Shown piece after piece: positions 10,297 to 20,764 of a stretch of DNA of 64,000 nt (positions within the stretch are counted from its first letter, which is position 1; each line of letters opens with the position of its first letter). The stretch is taken from the NCBI GenBank assembly GCA_963833535.1, contig CAWHYC010000004.1:78602-142601 (forward strand), written 5' to 3'. The notes beneath the pieces were generated by a model. It ran no database searches. It was not told the DNA's origin and saw nothing but the letters and a program-made list of their open reading frames with translations. The stretch is from an uncultured Chloroflexia bacterium (lineage in GTDB: Bacteria; Chloroflexota; Limnocylindria; Limnocylindrales; CSP1-4). The position numbers and the translations under genes are program-made.

Positions 10297-11196
10297 GTGG
10301 CCGCGTTCGTCCTCTGCGCCGGTCTGGCGGTCGGATGCGGGTCCGCGCCCACCAGCCCGACGACGGCCATCGGCCCACCGCTCGCCCCTATCCCAAGCGT
10401 TGCGACGCAGGAGCCGCCTTCGTCGTCGGAGGGGCCGAACGCCGCGGCCTACGAGGCTGTCTTCCTGCGCCTGAAGGTGGTCGGCGGATCGCCCGAGGTC
10501 CTCGCCATCGGCGTCGACCCCGCGGGTCACGAGCGACAGATCACTCGGCTGAAGGACGCCTGGGTGGCCTACAAGCTCCAGTCCGGCGGCGGGTTCCTGG
10601 CGCCCATGGGCGCCGTCGCCCTGAGCGGGCTGCTGGCCATCCCCGTCGGCGACGATCTCAGGGCAGGACCCTTCCCGATGGTGCACTGGGAGATCTTCGA
10701 CCTGCTACACCCGGAGGCGGCCCCGATCGCCGTCCCCGGGATCGAGGAAGGCCTCGAGCAGCTGGGCATGGGGCCATATCTCACCGACGAGACGGAGGCG
10801 AGCGTCACTTGGGCTACTGGCGAGCGCCTGGGCATCCCGTGGCACAGCTGCGACGAGCTTTCCTGCGGCGTCTGGTCCTTCTTCGATGGGCGCACCGGGG
10901 CCGCGATCGCGGACAGACCTCACGCCGAACCGAACTGTCGCACGCGCGATCGATCCGGCAGCGAGGTCATGGTCTTCGACGGCGGTGTCATGCAGCGCGA
11001 TCGCGATGGCAGCCGCAAGGAGCTCGTGCCGCCTAGCGGGATCGCGTTCGCCTGCCTTGCACCTGACGACTCGATGATCGTGCACAGCAGTGGTCTGCCT
11101 CCGGCCGCTCCGGTCGCGGGGGTGATCGATCTCGTGAGCGGCACGAGGACCGCGATCGAAGGCAGCTTCGCCGGCTGGCTGGCGATCGACCCCTGA
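10297..11196 (+). CDS. Hypothetical lipoprotein; start approximate
   Basis: Hydrophobic N-terminus with LAVGC lipobox followed by Pro/Ser/Thr linker. Confidence 0.6.
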   Translation: MAAFVLCAGLAVGCGSAPTSPTTAIGPPLAPIPSVATQEPPSSSEGPNAAAYEAVFLRLKVVGGSPEVLAIGVDPAGHERQITRLKDAWVAYKLQSGGGFLAPMGAVALSGLLAIPVGDDLRAGPFPMVHWEIFDLLHPEAAPIAVPGIEEGLEQLGMGPYLTDETEASVTWATGERLGIPWHSCDELSCGVWSFFDGRTGAAIADRPHAEPNCRTRDRSGSEVMVFDGGVMQRDRDGSRKELVPPSGIAFACLAPDDSMIVHSSGLPPAAPVAGVIDLVSGTRTAIEGSFAGWLAIDP

Positions 11197-11226
11197 TCGA
11201 TCGGCGGCGCGGCGTCGCCGCTGGGT

Positions 11227-11493
11227 TCAGATCATCCCCACCACGAGCGCCATGAGCACGGCCATGAAGACGGCGATGCCGACGCCCAGGGCGGCGGCGC
11301 CCCAGAGCGGCCAATCGATGCGCCCCAGCGACGGGTCCACGTGGGCGTCGTGATGGTCGTCGCCGTGGCCGCCCTCGCCCGCCATACCGTGAACGTCGTG
11401 CACTTCTTCGTGCCCGGCGGCCGCTGGGTCACCAGCGTCGGCCGGCACCGGCCCCGTCGCCTCGTCGGCCTGATTGGCCTGCGCTTCGCTCAT
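11227..11493 (-). CDS. Small His-rich single-pass membrane protein
   Basis: HEEVHDVHGMAGEGGHGDDHHDAH then C-terminal TM; start overlaps stop of the substrate-binding protein gene. Confidence 0.65.
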   Translation of the reverse strand: MSEAQANQADEATGPVPADAGDPAAAGHEEVHDVHGMAGEGGHGDDHHDAHVDPSLGRIDWPLWGAAALGVGIAVFMAVLMALVVGMI

Positions 11494-12527
11494 GGCAGCA
11501 GCTCCTGGTCGATGATCTGGTCCGTCGTGACCGGCTTGGCCACCGGCGAGTCGGGCATCGTGCTCATGAACTCGATCGACTCCGCCCAGGCCGCCGGGTC
11601 GATGGCGCCCAGGCCGTTGGCGTCAGTGTAGGCACTCTGCCAGGCGTCGACCGTGGCCTCGAGCACGGCCAGCTGGCCATCGCGATCGCTGGCCAGCTCC
11701 GGCACCGCCTTGACGGCGGCGTCCACGCCCTTGAGCGGGTCGGTCGCGATCTCCTGCATCGCCCGCAGCGTGGCGGCCACGAACGACCGGACCGCCTCGC
11801 GCTTCGGTCCGTCGATGGTCGACTGGCCGGCGATCAGGCCGGGGCCCGGCAGCGGCACGACGTGGTCGACGGTCAGCACGACGGGTGTGGTGCCGTTGCG
11901 CTTCATCTGGATCGGTTCGTTGTTGACGAAGCCGGTCGCCGAGTCGACGACACCCTGCTCGACCGCGACTCGCTGACCGTAGTCGGGGAACTCGACGATC
12001 TGCAGGTCGGCGGGTGTCAGGCCGACCGACTCTAGGAGCGCCTGGAGCATGACCCAGCTGCTGCCGTACTTGCCGGGGATGCCGAGCTTGGTGCCTTTGA
12101 GGTCCGCCGGGCTCGTGATCCCGGAATCCGGCTTGGCGAAGACGACGCTCGGGAAGTCGGCATAGAGCGTCGCCAGGTAGCGGACGGGGATGTCCTGGCT
12201 GGCCGCCGGGATGACGCTCGTGCCATCGGCGATGCCGATGTCGTAGTCGCCCGATCCGGTCAGCCGGATGATGTCCGCGTCGTTGCCGTTCTCGAAGGTC
12301 ACCTCGAGCCCCGCGTCCTTGTAATAGCCCGCCTGGTCCGCCAGGTAGAACGGCGCGAACTGGACGCTCGGGATGTAGCCCAGGCCGACACGCAGGGGCG
12401 TCGTCGCCGCGCCGATGGTCTGCAGGATGGTCGACTGGCTGACGCCGGCGCACCCGGCGGCGAAGGCCGCAACGAGCAGACCGGCGGTCGCGAGCCGAGC
12501 GAGCGAGGCTGGACGGTGGGACGCCAT
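11490..12527 (-). CDS. ribY: ABC substrate-binding lipoprotein, NMT1/THI5 family (RibY-like, riboflavin)
   Basis: AAGC lipobox, GYIPSVQFAPFY motif, AAGGAGG RBS; lies under an FMN riboswitch. Confidence 0.8.
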   Translation of the reverse strand: MASHRPASLARLATAGLLVAAFAAGCAGVSQSTILQTIGAATTPLRVGLGYIPSVQFAPFYLADQAGYYKDAGLEVTFENGNDADIIRLTGSGDYDIGIADGTSVIPAASQDIPVRYLATLYADFPSVVFAKPDSGITSPADLKGTKLGIPGKYGSSWVMLQALLESVGLTPADLQIVEFPDYGQRVAVEQGVVDSATGFVNNEPIQMKRNGTTPVVLTVDHVVPLPGPGLIAGQSTIDGPKREAVRSFVAATLRAMQEIATDPLKGVDAAVKAVPELASDRDGQLAVLEATVDAWQSAYTDANGLGAIDPAAWAESIEFMSTMPDSPVAKPVTTDQIIDQELLP

Positions 12528-12553
12528 GGATGCGAGACCTCCTTGAGCAGGCT

Positions 12554-13393
12554 TCAACCGCGGGCGCCGACGACGCGGCGCTCGACGACGACGACGATGA
12601 GGTAGAGGACCACGCCCAGTAGGGCGATGGTCAGCAGGGTGGCGAACATGAGCGGCGTGTCGAAGAGGCTGCCGCGAGCGAGGTTGACGAGCACGCCCAG
12701 CCCCTGGTCGGCGCCGGCCCACTCGCCGACGATGGCACCCACGACCGCCAGTGTTGCGCCCACGCGCATGCCGCCCAGGATGGCGGGCAGCGCCGCCGGC
12801 AGCTCGACCTGGCGGATGAGCTGGTTGCGGCTGGCACGGAAGGCCCGGCCCATCTCGACCAGCCGTGGGTCGACCGAGCGGACACCGACCATCGTCGAGA
12901 CCGCGACTGGGAAGAAGACGATCAGCCCGCAGATGACGACCTTCGACAGCAGCCCGGTGCCGAACCAGAGGGCGATGAGCGGTGCCAGGGCCAAGATCGG
13001 CATCGCCTGTGCCGCCACGATGTACGGCGAGAGGAGCCTGGCGGCGAAGCGCGATCGGGCCAGCATGACGCCGATCGGCACCCCCAACCCGGCCCCGACC
13101 AGGAAGCCGAGGAGGACCTCCTGGAGCGTTGTCCAGGCGTGTGGGGTCATCGTCCCGTCGCCCCAGGCGCCGACGAACCGGAGACCGACATCCAGGGGCC
13201 CAGGCAGCAGGTAGGGCTCGTACCCGCCGAAGGCGATGATGAGCTGCCAGGCGCCGATGACCACGACGGCGCCGACCACTAACGCGAGCACGTCCGACCG
13301 CCGGCTCCGACCCGTCGACGGCTTCGCTGCGGGGACGCCCGGCGGGCTCACCACGGTCTCGCCGCCCGCATGGCCCGGACTCGCGGCGCTCAC
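12554..13393 (-). CDS. ribX: ABC transporter permease (SsuC/RibX-like)
   Basis: PILALAPLIALWFG, VELPAALP, AVVGAIVGEW. Confidence 0.8.
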   Translation of the reverse strand: MSAASPGHAGGETVVSPPGVPAAKPSTGRSRRSDVLALVVGAVVVIGAWQLIIAFGGYEPYLLPGPLDVGLRFVGAWGDGTMTPHAWTTLQEVLLGFLVGAGLGVPIGVMLARSRFAARLLSPYIVAAQAMPILALAPLIALWFGTGLLSKVVICGLIVFFPVAVSTMVGVRSVDPRLVEMGRAFRASRNQLIRQVELPAALPAILGGMRVGATLAVVGAIVGEWAGADQGLGVLVNLARGSLFDTPLMFATLLTIALLGVVLYLIVVVVERRVVGARG

Positions 13394-14298
13394 GCCGATC
13401 TCTCCCGTCCGAACGGGTCGAACCAGGCCGGCTGCCCGACGCCTTCGAGGGGGTCCATGGGCTGGCCCGGCGTCCGTACGCCCGAGGCGTCCCGCGCGTT
13501 CGGGCCATAGCCCCAGGCGGCCTCCGCCTCTGGGTCGTCGGAGGCACCGACGAGGACCGAGCGGATGGCCGCGGCCGTGCGCGACCCGGTCGCCGAGTCG
13601 AGCATCGCCAGGCGTCTTGGCCGTGGCAGATCGACGGGGATGTCCGCCACCACGTGACCCGGGCGTGGAGAGAGGACGACCACCCGGTCGGCCAGGAAGA
13701 TCGCCTCCGGCACCGAGTGCGTGACGAGCAAGATGGTGGTCGAGGTCTCGGCCCAGATACGGAGCAGCTCGAGGCCGAAGCGCTCCCGCGTCAGGGCGTC
13801 GAGGGCGCTGAATGGCTCGTCGAGCAGGAGGACGGAGGGCCCGAGTGCGAGGGCCCGCGCGATGGCCACCCGCTGGCGCATGCCACCGGACAGCTCGTGC
13901 GGACGTGAGCCGGCGAACTCGGCCATGCCGACGAGCTCCAGTAGTTCTCTCGTGCGCGCCTCGCGTGCTTGTCGTGGCGTGGCGGCGAGCTCGAGCGGAA
14001 AGGCGACATTGGCCGCGGCGTCGCGCCACGGGAGCAGGCGCGGTTCCTGGAAGACGAAGCCCACGCGTGCGTCCGGACCAGCGATGGTCGAGGCGTCGAT
14101 GGTGACAGTACCCGTGTCGCCGGGGAGCAGCCCGCCCACGCAGCGCAGCAAGGTGCTCTTGCCGCAGCCGTTCGGCCCCAGGATGGCGACGACCTGTCGA
14201 TCGGCGACCGAGAGGCGCACATCGTCAAGGGCGAGCAGCGGTGGACCGTCGCTCGACGAGAAGCTGCGCGAGAGGTCGGTGATCTCGATGCTGGCCAG
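13390..14298 (-). CDS. ABC transporter ATP-binding protein (SsuB/TauB-like); probable CTG start
   Basis: GPNGCGKST, LSGGMRQR, LLLDEPF; GGGAGT SD 6 nt before in-frame CTG. Confidence 0.85.
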   Translation of the reverse strand: MASIEITDLSRSFSSSDGPPLLALDDVRLSVADRQVVAILGPNGCGKSTLLRCVGGLLPGDTGTVTIDASTIAGPDARVGFVFQEPRLLPWRDAAANVAFPLELAATPRQAREARTRELLELVGMAEFAGSRPHELSGGMRQRVAIARALALGPSVLLLDEPFSALDALTRERFGLELLRIWAETSTTILLVTHSVPEAIFLADRVVVLSPRPGHVVADIPVDLPRPRRLAMLDSATGSRTAAAIRSVLVGASDDPEAEAAWGYGPNARDASGVRTPGQPMDPLEGVGQPAWFDPFGRERSA

Positions 14299-14451
14299 GG
14301 TCGGACTCCCGGATGGCCGCGCCACACGTGCACGAGGGCACGCGCCGGGGCGGAAGTCAGGAGTCGGCGTCAGCGGACGCGTCGCGGTCGCCGGGCGTCC
14401 CGACACCCTATGGAGCGTCGTTCGGCCCGCGCCCGACCGGGCGCGCAACCA

Positions 14452-14607
14452 GGCCTTCTCCCATCCGGACTGTGACCGTCGGCTCCCTGCCAGGGGATCC
14501 ACCGGCGCCGCGGATCGACGCGGACGTCGGGTCGTGGGCTGGCTTCGAACGGCTGGCGCCGCTCTCTGCCGACCACCGGTCGGGACTTCCACCCGACCCC
14601 GAAGGCG
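14452..14607 (-). promoter_or_regulatory. FMN riboswitch (RFN element), structural variant
   Basis: Minus strand CUUCGGGGUCGGGUGGAAGUCCCGACCGGUGG...AGCCCACGA...GCCGACGGUCACAGUCCGGAUGGGAGAAGG; upstream of flavin-type ABC genes. Confidence 0.93.
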
Positions 14608-14750
14608 AGGCGATATGTGTGATGTGCCCGCAGCATAGCGCACGTGCGGATCGAGTCGGTCCTGCCGGACGGCCCAGCGATGGGACGCAACTTTCGAGCT
14701 CTCGATGGCGTCGGGGCCGATCGACACCCCAGCACCCGAGGGACCTCACG

Positions 14751-15359
14751 ATGGAGACCGTTCGCCGCTTCCTGTTCGGCCTGACCGCGATGGTCGTCCT
14801 GACCTTCGGTTGGGTGACGCTCTTCCCGACCCCGGTCTTCGCATGTTCGTGCGCGCTGATCTCGATCGGCGACCTCGATCCGACCGAGAGCCAGGTCTAC
14901 GTGGGCACCGCCGGCCCGGCCACGAGGCAGGGAACGCCGATGGCCGTCGATCGTTGGTTCTCGGGGCCTGGGATGGCACCCGTGGTGACCCTGGCCGCGG
15001 CGTCTTTCGGCGATTCGGCCGGCTGCGGGACCGAGCCCTTCCCCCCGGGCTCGCGCTGGGTCGTCGCCGCCTGGGCCGGCGATCCGACCCAGCTGCCGAC
15101 GACCGGCCTTTGCCAACCGCACGCGCAGCTCGACTCGCCCGAAGGCCAGGCGATGCTCGCCGAGGCGGTGACCGCGTATGGAGACGGCTCCGCGCCGGGC
15201 GGCGGCGGGACCGGTCCGACTGCGACGCCGGCGCCCGAGGCGCCATCCGCCCCGACCGACCCGTCAGCGACGCTCATCATGGTCGGTGTCATCGGCCTCG
15301 GGGTCATCGGCCTCGGCCTCGTCTACCTTCTCGGCCGCAGGCGTCCCTCCGCGCCATGA
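14751..15359 (+). CDS. Secreted/membrane-anchored protein with N-terminal CSC motif (TIMP/NTR-like)
   Basis: Signal peptide ending VFA|CSC, further Cys pair, Pro-rich linker, C-terminal TM plus RRR. Confidence 0.65.
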   Translation: METVRRFLFGLTAMVVLTFGWVTLFPTPVFACSCALISIGDLDPTESQVYVGTAGPATRQGTPMAVDRWFSGPGMAPVVTLAAASFGDSAGCGTEPFPPGSRWVVAAWAGDPTQLPTTGLCQPHAQLDSPEGQAMLAEAVTAYGDGSAPGGGGTGPTATPAPEAPSAPTDPSATLIMVGVIGLGVIGLGLVYLLGRRRPSAP

Positions 15360-15541
15360 GGTCTCGGTCGACCGGTGCGGCGATGTCGCGTTCTCGAGCT
15401 GCGTCGTGGGTGACTTCGTCCTGGTCTGCACCGTGTCGTCTACGCTCCCCCGGCGCGCGCCGACTGCCGCTCCGGCCGAGGACCGACACAGTCACGTCGC
15501 CGCGGCCTCATCCCGCGGCGCCCGCCGCGTATCCTGCCGGT

Positions 15542-17106
15542 GTGCCTGACTCGATCGTCCTGACCGGCCACGACCTGACGCTCGAATCTGTCGATGCCGT
15601 CGCCCGTGGCGGTGCCCGAGTGGTCCTGGCGCCCGAGGCTCGGGCCGGGATGGCGCGCAGTCGGTCGGTCATCGAGGCCATCGTCGAGCGTGGCGAGGCC
15701 GTCTACGGCGTGACCACCGGCTTCGGCGACCTGGCCACGGTGCGCATCGCGCCGGCCGACGCGGCCCGCCTCCAGGAGAACTTGCTGGTCAGCCATGCCG
15801 TCGGGGTCGGCACAGCCTTCGATGTCGCGACCGTGCGGGCCATGCTCCTGCTCCGTGCGAACACCCTTGCTCGCGGCCAGAGCGGCTGCCGGCCGGAGTT
15901 GGTCGAGCGGCTGCTCGCCTTCCTGGCGCTCGGCATCCACCCGGCCGTGCCGGAACAGGGCAGCGTCGGAGCATCCGGCGACCTGGCGCCGCTCGCGCAC
16001 CTCGCGCTGCCGCTCATCGGGCGTGGGCGCGTCGTCGGCGATCACCGAGAGATGGCTGCTGTCGAGGCGCTGGCGGCGGCCGGCCTCGAGCCGCTGCGCC
16101 TCGAAGCCAAGGAAGGCCTCGCGCTGCTCAACGGGACGCAGATGATGAGCGCGGTCGGGGCGCTCGCCGTCCTCGATGCGGAGCGGCTGTGTGCCACCGC
16201 CTCCGTGGTCGCGGCGATGAGCACGGAGGCCCTATTGGGCACCGATGTGGCGTTCGCCGAGGCCTATCACGCCGCCCGCCCCCACCCAGGCCAGGCGCGA
16301 GTCGCCGCCGAGCTGCGCTACCTGTCTGCGCGGCTCGGAGCTGCAGCACTCGCACCATGGCCAGGCGCACAAGGTCCAGGATCCCTATTCCGTGCGCTGC
16401 GTGCCCCAGGTGCACGGCGCGACGCTCGACGCGCTGGCCTACGCCCGTCGCGTGCTCGAGATCGAGATCAACAGCGCAACCGACAACCCGCTCGTCTTTC
16501 CCGACGGCGCCGTCGCCGACCCCGACGCCATCGCCACCGCCGGCGGGCACGTCGTGTCGGGCGGCAACTTCCACGGCCAGCCGGTGGCCCTGGCCATGGA
16601 CTTCTGCAAGCTCGCCATCGCCGAGCTGGGCTCGATCAGCGAGCGTCGCACCGCGCTGCTTATCGACGGCCGGCTGTCGGGGTTGCCGCCGTTCCTCGTC
16701 GCGGACGCCGGCCTCAACAGCGGCATGATGCTGCTCCAGTACACGGCGGCAGCGCTCGTTTCCGAGGACAAGGTCCTCGTCCACCCGGCCTCGGCCGACT
16801 CTATCCCGACCAGCGCAAACCAGGAAGACCATGTCTCGATGGGCTCCATCGCGGCCCGCCAGGCGCGCCAGATCCTGACCAACGTCGAGGTCGTCCTGGC
16901 GCTCGAGCTCCTGTGTGCCGGTCAGGGCCTCGACTTCCGCCTGACCGACGGCCTGCAGGCTGGCGCCGGCGTGGCCGAGGCCCACGGCAGACTGCGGGTC
17001 GAGGTCGCCCATCTGGAGGGTGACCGTGACCCCGGCCCGGACATCGCCGCAGCCTACGGCGTTGGTGCGCGGCGGAGCGTTCGCCGACCTCACGGACGGC
17101 GCCTAG
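15542..17106 (+). CDS. hutH: Histidine ammonia-lyase, with two apparent frameshifts (~16325, ~17055)
   Basis: [18 protein letters not shown] (MIO), [26 protein letters not shown] split over frames. Confidence 0.9.
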
Positions 17107-17217
17107 GCGCGAACGGACGTTCCAACCCCTTGCAATGGTGGCGTAGACTGCGCTCGCATCCGGGCGTCCGCGTTCGTGGCACGCTCGATCGGGTGCGCAG
17201 GGAGGTAGAGAGGGCAC

Positions 17218-17643
17218 ATGACGACAGCGGCTCGCCCACAGGGCGTGACCATCATCGCGATCCTTGCCTTCATCGGCGGGATCTTCGCCATCGTGGCCGG
17301 TCTGGGCTTGACCGTCCTCGGCGGCATCCTCGGAGGGGCGCTCGCGGCGAGCGGCGAAGGGGCCGGCGGGCTGTTCGGCGGCTTGCTCGCCATCTTCGGT
17401 ATCGGCACGCTGGGCCTCGGTATCGCCGAGCTCGTGGTCGGCTGGGGCCTTTGGGGCCTGAGGCCGTGGGCGTGGGCGGTGTCGGTCATCGTCTTCATCG
17501 TCAACATCGTGCTGACGCTGCTGACGGCGCTCGGCGGCAATTCCCTGATCTCGATCAGCACCTTGATCGGCATCGCCATCCCGGCCATCATCTTGTACTA
17601 CCTGATGACCCCGCCGGTGAAGGCGGCCTTCGGGCGCGCTTGA
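17218..17643 (+). CDS. Membrane protein (DUF2127-like)
   Basis: [11 protein letters not shown] start, [10 protein letters not shown], four TM helices; RBS present. Confidence 0.7.
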   Translation: MTTAARPQGVTIIAILAFIGGIFAIVAGLGLTVLGGILGGALAASGEGAGGLFGGLLAIFGIGTLGLGIAELVVGWGLWGLRPWAWAVSVIVFIVNIVLTLLTALGGNSLISISTLIGIAIPAIILYYLMTPPVKAAFGRA

Positions 17644-17705
17644 TCGAAGCGTTCGTGGCAGGGGTCGCTGTGCCCTGACCGCTGCCACGTCGACGGAGAT
17701 CTCTT

Positions 17706-17734
17706 GAACGGCCCCCTGCCCAAGGGGGCCGTTC
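17706..17734. terminator. Perfect hairpin, possible terminator or REP-like element
   Basis: GAACGGCCCCCT-GCCCA-AGGGGGCCGTTC. Confidence 0.5.
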
Positions 17735-17781
17735 CGATTCCAGGCGCGTGCGGGGCCGACGCGAGGCGCTAGATTTCCCCG

Positions 17782-18519
17782 GTGACCACGCTGCGCATCG
17801 TCGATGTTGCCGACCTGGAGACATTCCGGGCGCTACCGCCCTGCGCCGACCCGGGCTTCGATCACCGGACCTGCGACTACTGGGAGAACGCCGACCGTGG
17901 GTCGCGAGCGGCCCGGCTGGCCTGGCTCGAAGCCCCAAGCGCGGCCCCGCTGGCGAAGCCGGCGCTGGCCGATAACCCCTTCGCACCACCGGCGCGCGGC
18001 CCGGCGTTCAACCCCTTCCTCGGCGCCGACGAGGAAGGGGCGGGCGAACCGGACAATCCCTTCGCGCCGCGCATCGTGCGCGAGCGGCCGGCGTCTGGCG
18101 GCGTGCCCCGCAAGTACGCGCTGCTGGATCGCGGGCGCGGGATCTTCGGGACGTACGCCAAGGTCGGCCTGCTCGACGGGACAGCGGTCGCCTACGCGCA
18201 GTTCGGGCCGCTGTCGGCCTACCCGAGGGCGCAGCGCGTGCGCGACCTCTACCCGCAGCTGCCGGCGTCGCCGCTGCCGGCCACCATCACCTGCATCGCG
18301 ACCACGGCAGCGGCCCGTGGGGCGGGCCACGCACGAGCGCTCGTGGCCGCCGTTTGCGAGGATCTCGCCGCACGCGGCTTCGCAGCCGTCGAGACGTATC
18401 CAGAGGCCGGCGTCCGACCAGATGCGACGAGCGCGGCCACCCCGGGCTTCTGGCTCGCATGCGGGTTCGCCGTCGCCATCGACGACGATCGTTTCCCGGT
18501 CATGCGACGCGAGCTGTGA
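17782..18519 (+). CDS. GNAT-fold protein with NPF-repeat insertion
   Basis: CDYWE, AYAQFGP, ITCI..ARGAGHA, VETYP, GF motifs. Confidence 0.7.
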   Translation: MTTLRIVDVADLETFRALPPCADPGFDHRTCDYWENADRGSRAARLAWLEAPSAAPLAKPALADNPFAPPARGPAFNPFLGADEEGAGEPDNPFAPRIVRERPASGGVPRKYALLDRGRGIFGTYAKVGLLDGTAVAYAQFGPLSAYPRAQRVRDLYPQLPASPLPATITCIATTAAARGAGHARALVAAVCEDLAARGFAAVETYPEAGVRPDATSAATPGFWLACGFAVAIDDDRFPVMRREL

Positions 18520-18643
18520 GCACCTCGTCGGGCCCCACTGGCACTACGATCGTTGCGGTCATCATCACCGTGTCGGGGCTCATCGGCCTTGTCCATCCCT
18601 CGCCGGTCGAGGCGTAGACTCGCCGCCAGGAGGCACCGACCCG

Positions 18644-20374
18644 ATGACGACCGCCGACCCGCCAGTCCCCGGTGCCGGTATGCCCGGCGCGACTACGAGC
18701 GCCTCCGGTGGGCTGCCCGGGGCACGGCCGGTACGCGCGCCGCGCGGCACCGAGCTCTCCTGCCGCGGCTGGCAGCAGGAGGCGGCCCTGCGCATGCTCA
18801 TGAACAACCTCGACCCGGAGGTCGCCGAACGACCCGACGACCTGGTCGTCTACGGCGGGACGGGCCGGGCCGCACGTTCCTGGGTGGCCTTCGACGCCAT
18901 CGTGCGCGAGCTGCGGCGCCTCGCCGACGATGAGACGCTACTCGTCCAGTCAGGCAAGCCGGTCGGCGTCTTCCGCACCCATCCCTGGGCGCCGCGCGTG
19001 CTCATCGCCAACTCCAACCTGGTCGGCAAGTGGGCGAACTGGGACACCTTCCGCGAGCTCGAGCGAGCCGGCCTGACGATGTATGGCCAGATGACGGCCG
19101 GCTCCTGGATCTACATCGCGACCCAAGGCATCCTCCAGGGCACGTACGAGACGTTCGCCGAGCTCGGCCGCCAGCACTTCGGGGGCACGCTGCGCGGCCG
19201 GGTGGTGCTGACCGCCGGCCTGGGCGGCATGGGCGGCGCCCAGCCGCTGGCGGTGACGATGAACGAGGGCGTGGCCTTGTGCATCGAAGTCGATCCCGAG
19301 CGCGCCCGACGGCGGCAGGAGACCCGCTACGTCGATCGCCTGACCGACTCGCTCGACGAGGCACTGGCCTGGTCACGTGCGGCCGCCGCCGACGGCGAGG
19401 CGGCGTCGATCGCGCTGGTCGGCAATGCCGCGGTCCTGGAGCCCGAGTTGGTCCGTCGCGGCGAGCGATTCGATGTCGTCACCGACCAGACGAGCGCGCA
19501 CGACGCCCTGGCCGGCTACGTGCCCGCCGGACTCTCCCTGGCCCAGGCGGCCGAGCTTCGCGCCATCGACCCAGACGCCTACGTCCGACGCTCGATGGCT
19601 TCGATGGCCGACCACGTGCGGGCGATGCTCGCCTTCCAGGCGGCCGGCGCCGTGACCTTCGACTACGGCAACAACATCCGGGCCCAGGCCCAGGCGGCCG
19701 GTGTCGCCGATGCCTTCGCCTTTCCGGGCTTCGTGCCGGCCTTCATCCGACCGCTCTTCTGCGAGGGCAAGGGGCCATTCCGCTGGGCAGCCCTGTCCGG
19801 CGACCCGGAGGACATCCGGCGCACTGACCGGGCCATCCTGGAGCTCTTCCCTGAGGACGAGTCGCTGCGCCGCTGGATCACCATGGCTGAGGAGCGGGTC
19901 GCCTTCCAGGGTCTGCCGGCGCGTATCTGCTGGCTCGGCTACGGCGAACGAGCGCGAGCGGGGCTCGAGTTCAACCGCCTGGTCGCCAGCGGCGAGCTAC
20001 GTGCGCCGATCGTCATCGGGCGCGACCATCTCGACAGCGGCAGCGTGGCTTCACCGAATCGCGAGACGGAGGGGATGCGCGACGGCTCCGACGCGATCGC
20101 CGATTGGCCGCTCCTGAACGCGCTCGTCAACACTGCCGCCGGCGCGACCTGGGTGAGCATCCATCACGGTGGCGGGACCGGCATCGGCTACTCCCAGCAC
20201 GCCGGCATGGTCGTCGTCGCCGACGGCACCGAACTGGCGGCACAGAAGCTGGAGCGTGTGCTGACCACGGACCCGGGCATGGGCGTCATCCGTCATGCGG
20301 ACGCCGGCTACGAGCGTGCCATCGAGGTCGCGCGCGAGCGCGGTGTCCGGGTGCCGATGCTCGACGACACGTGA
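18644..20374 (+). CDS. hutU: Urocanate hydratase
   Basis: [34 protein letters not shown]; AGGAGG RBS. Confidence 0.97.
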   Translation: MTTADPPVPGAGMPGATTSASGGLPGARPVRAPRGTELSCRGWQQEAALRMLMNNLDPEVAERPDDLVVYGGTGRAARSWVAFDAIVRELRRLADDETLLVQSGKPVGVFRTHPWAPRVLIANSNLVGKWANWDTFRELERAGLTMYGQMTAGSWIYIATQGILQGTYETFAELGRQHFGGTLRGRVVLTAGLGGMGGAQPLAVTMNEGVALCIEVDPERARRRQETRYVDRLTDSLDEALAWSRAAAADGEAASIALVGNAAVLEPELVRRGERFDVVTDQTSAHDALAGYVPAGLSLAQAAELRAIDPDAYVRRSMASMADHVRAMLAFQAAGAVTFDYGNNIRAQAQAAGVADAFAFPGFVPAFIRPLFCEGKGPFRWAALSGDPEDIRRTDRAILELFPEDESLRRWITMAEERVAFQGLPARICWLGYGERARAGLEFNRLVASGELRAPIVIGRDHLDSGSVASPNRETEGMRDGSDAIADWPLLNALVNTAAGATWVSIHHGGGTGIGYSQHAGMVVVADGTELAAQKLERVLTTDPGMGVIRHADAGYERAIEVARERGVRVPMLDDT

Positions 20375-20736
20375 GGCCACTGCCAGACAGCGGCCGACTG
20401 CCATACGCCTACTTGACGACCACTGGCCGCACGAGCGGCGAGCCGCGCCGGATCGAGCTCTGGTTCGCGCTGGACGACCGTGGTCGGGTCCTGTTCCTGG
20501 CCGGTGATGGCCGTGGGGCGCATTGGATCCGCAACCTCGAGGTCGAACCTTCCGTGCTGCTCGAGCTCGCGGGCGAGGCCTATACGGGTCGCGCCACCAT
20601 CCTGACCAAGGGACCAGACGATTCGCTCGCCCGACGGATGCTCGCCGCCAAGTACGAAGGCTGGCGCGACGGCGCCCCGATGAGCGACTGGGCGCTCGGC
20701 TCGCTCGCGGTGATGGTCGACTTCGAGCCCGGATGA
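20371..20736 (+). CDS. Deazaflavin (F420)-dependent nitroreductase family protein
   Basis: [13 protein letters not shown]...WIRNL signature; GTGA overlap with hutU. Confidence 0.75.
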   Translation: MRPLPDSGRLPYAYLTTTGRTSGEPRRIELWFALDDRGRVLFLAGDGRGAHWIRNLEVEPSVLLELAGEAYTGRATILTKGPDDSLARRMLAAKYEGWRDGAPMSDWALGSLAVMVDFEPG

Positions 20737-20764
20737 GTGCGCCCGCCACGAGATGGGACCAGGC

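Noticed and set aside
14705-20374. Long N-terminal extensions on HutH and HutU ORF calls
   Set aside because: True starts are marked by a -10 box (15542) and an RBS (18644); the extensions overlap other genes
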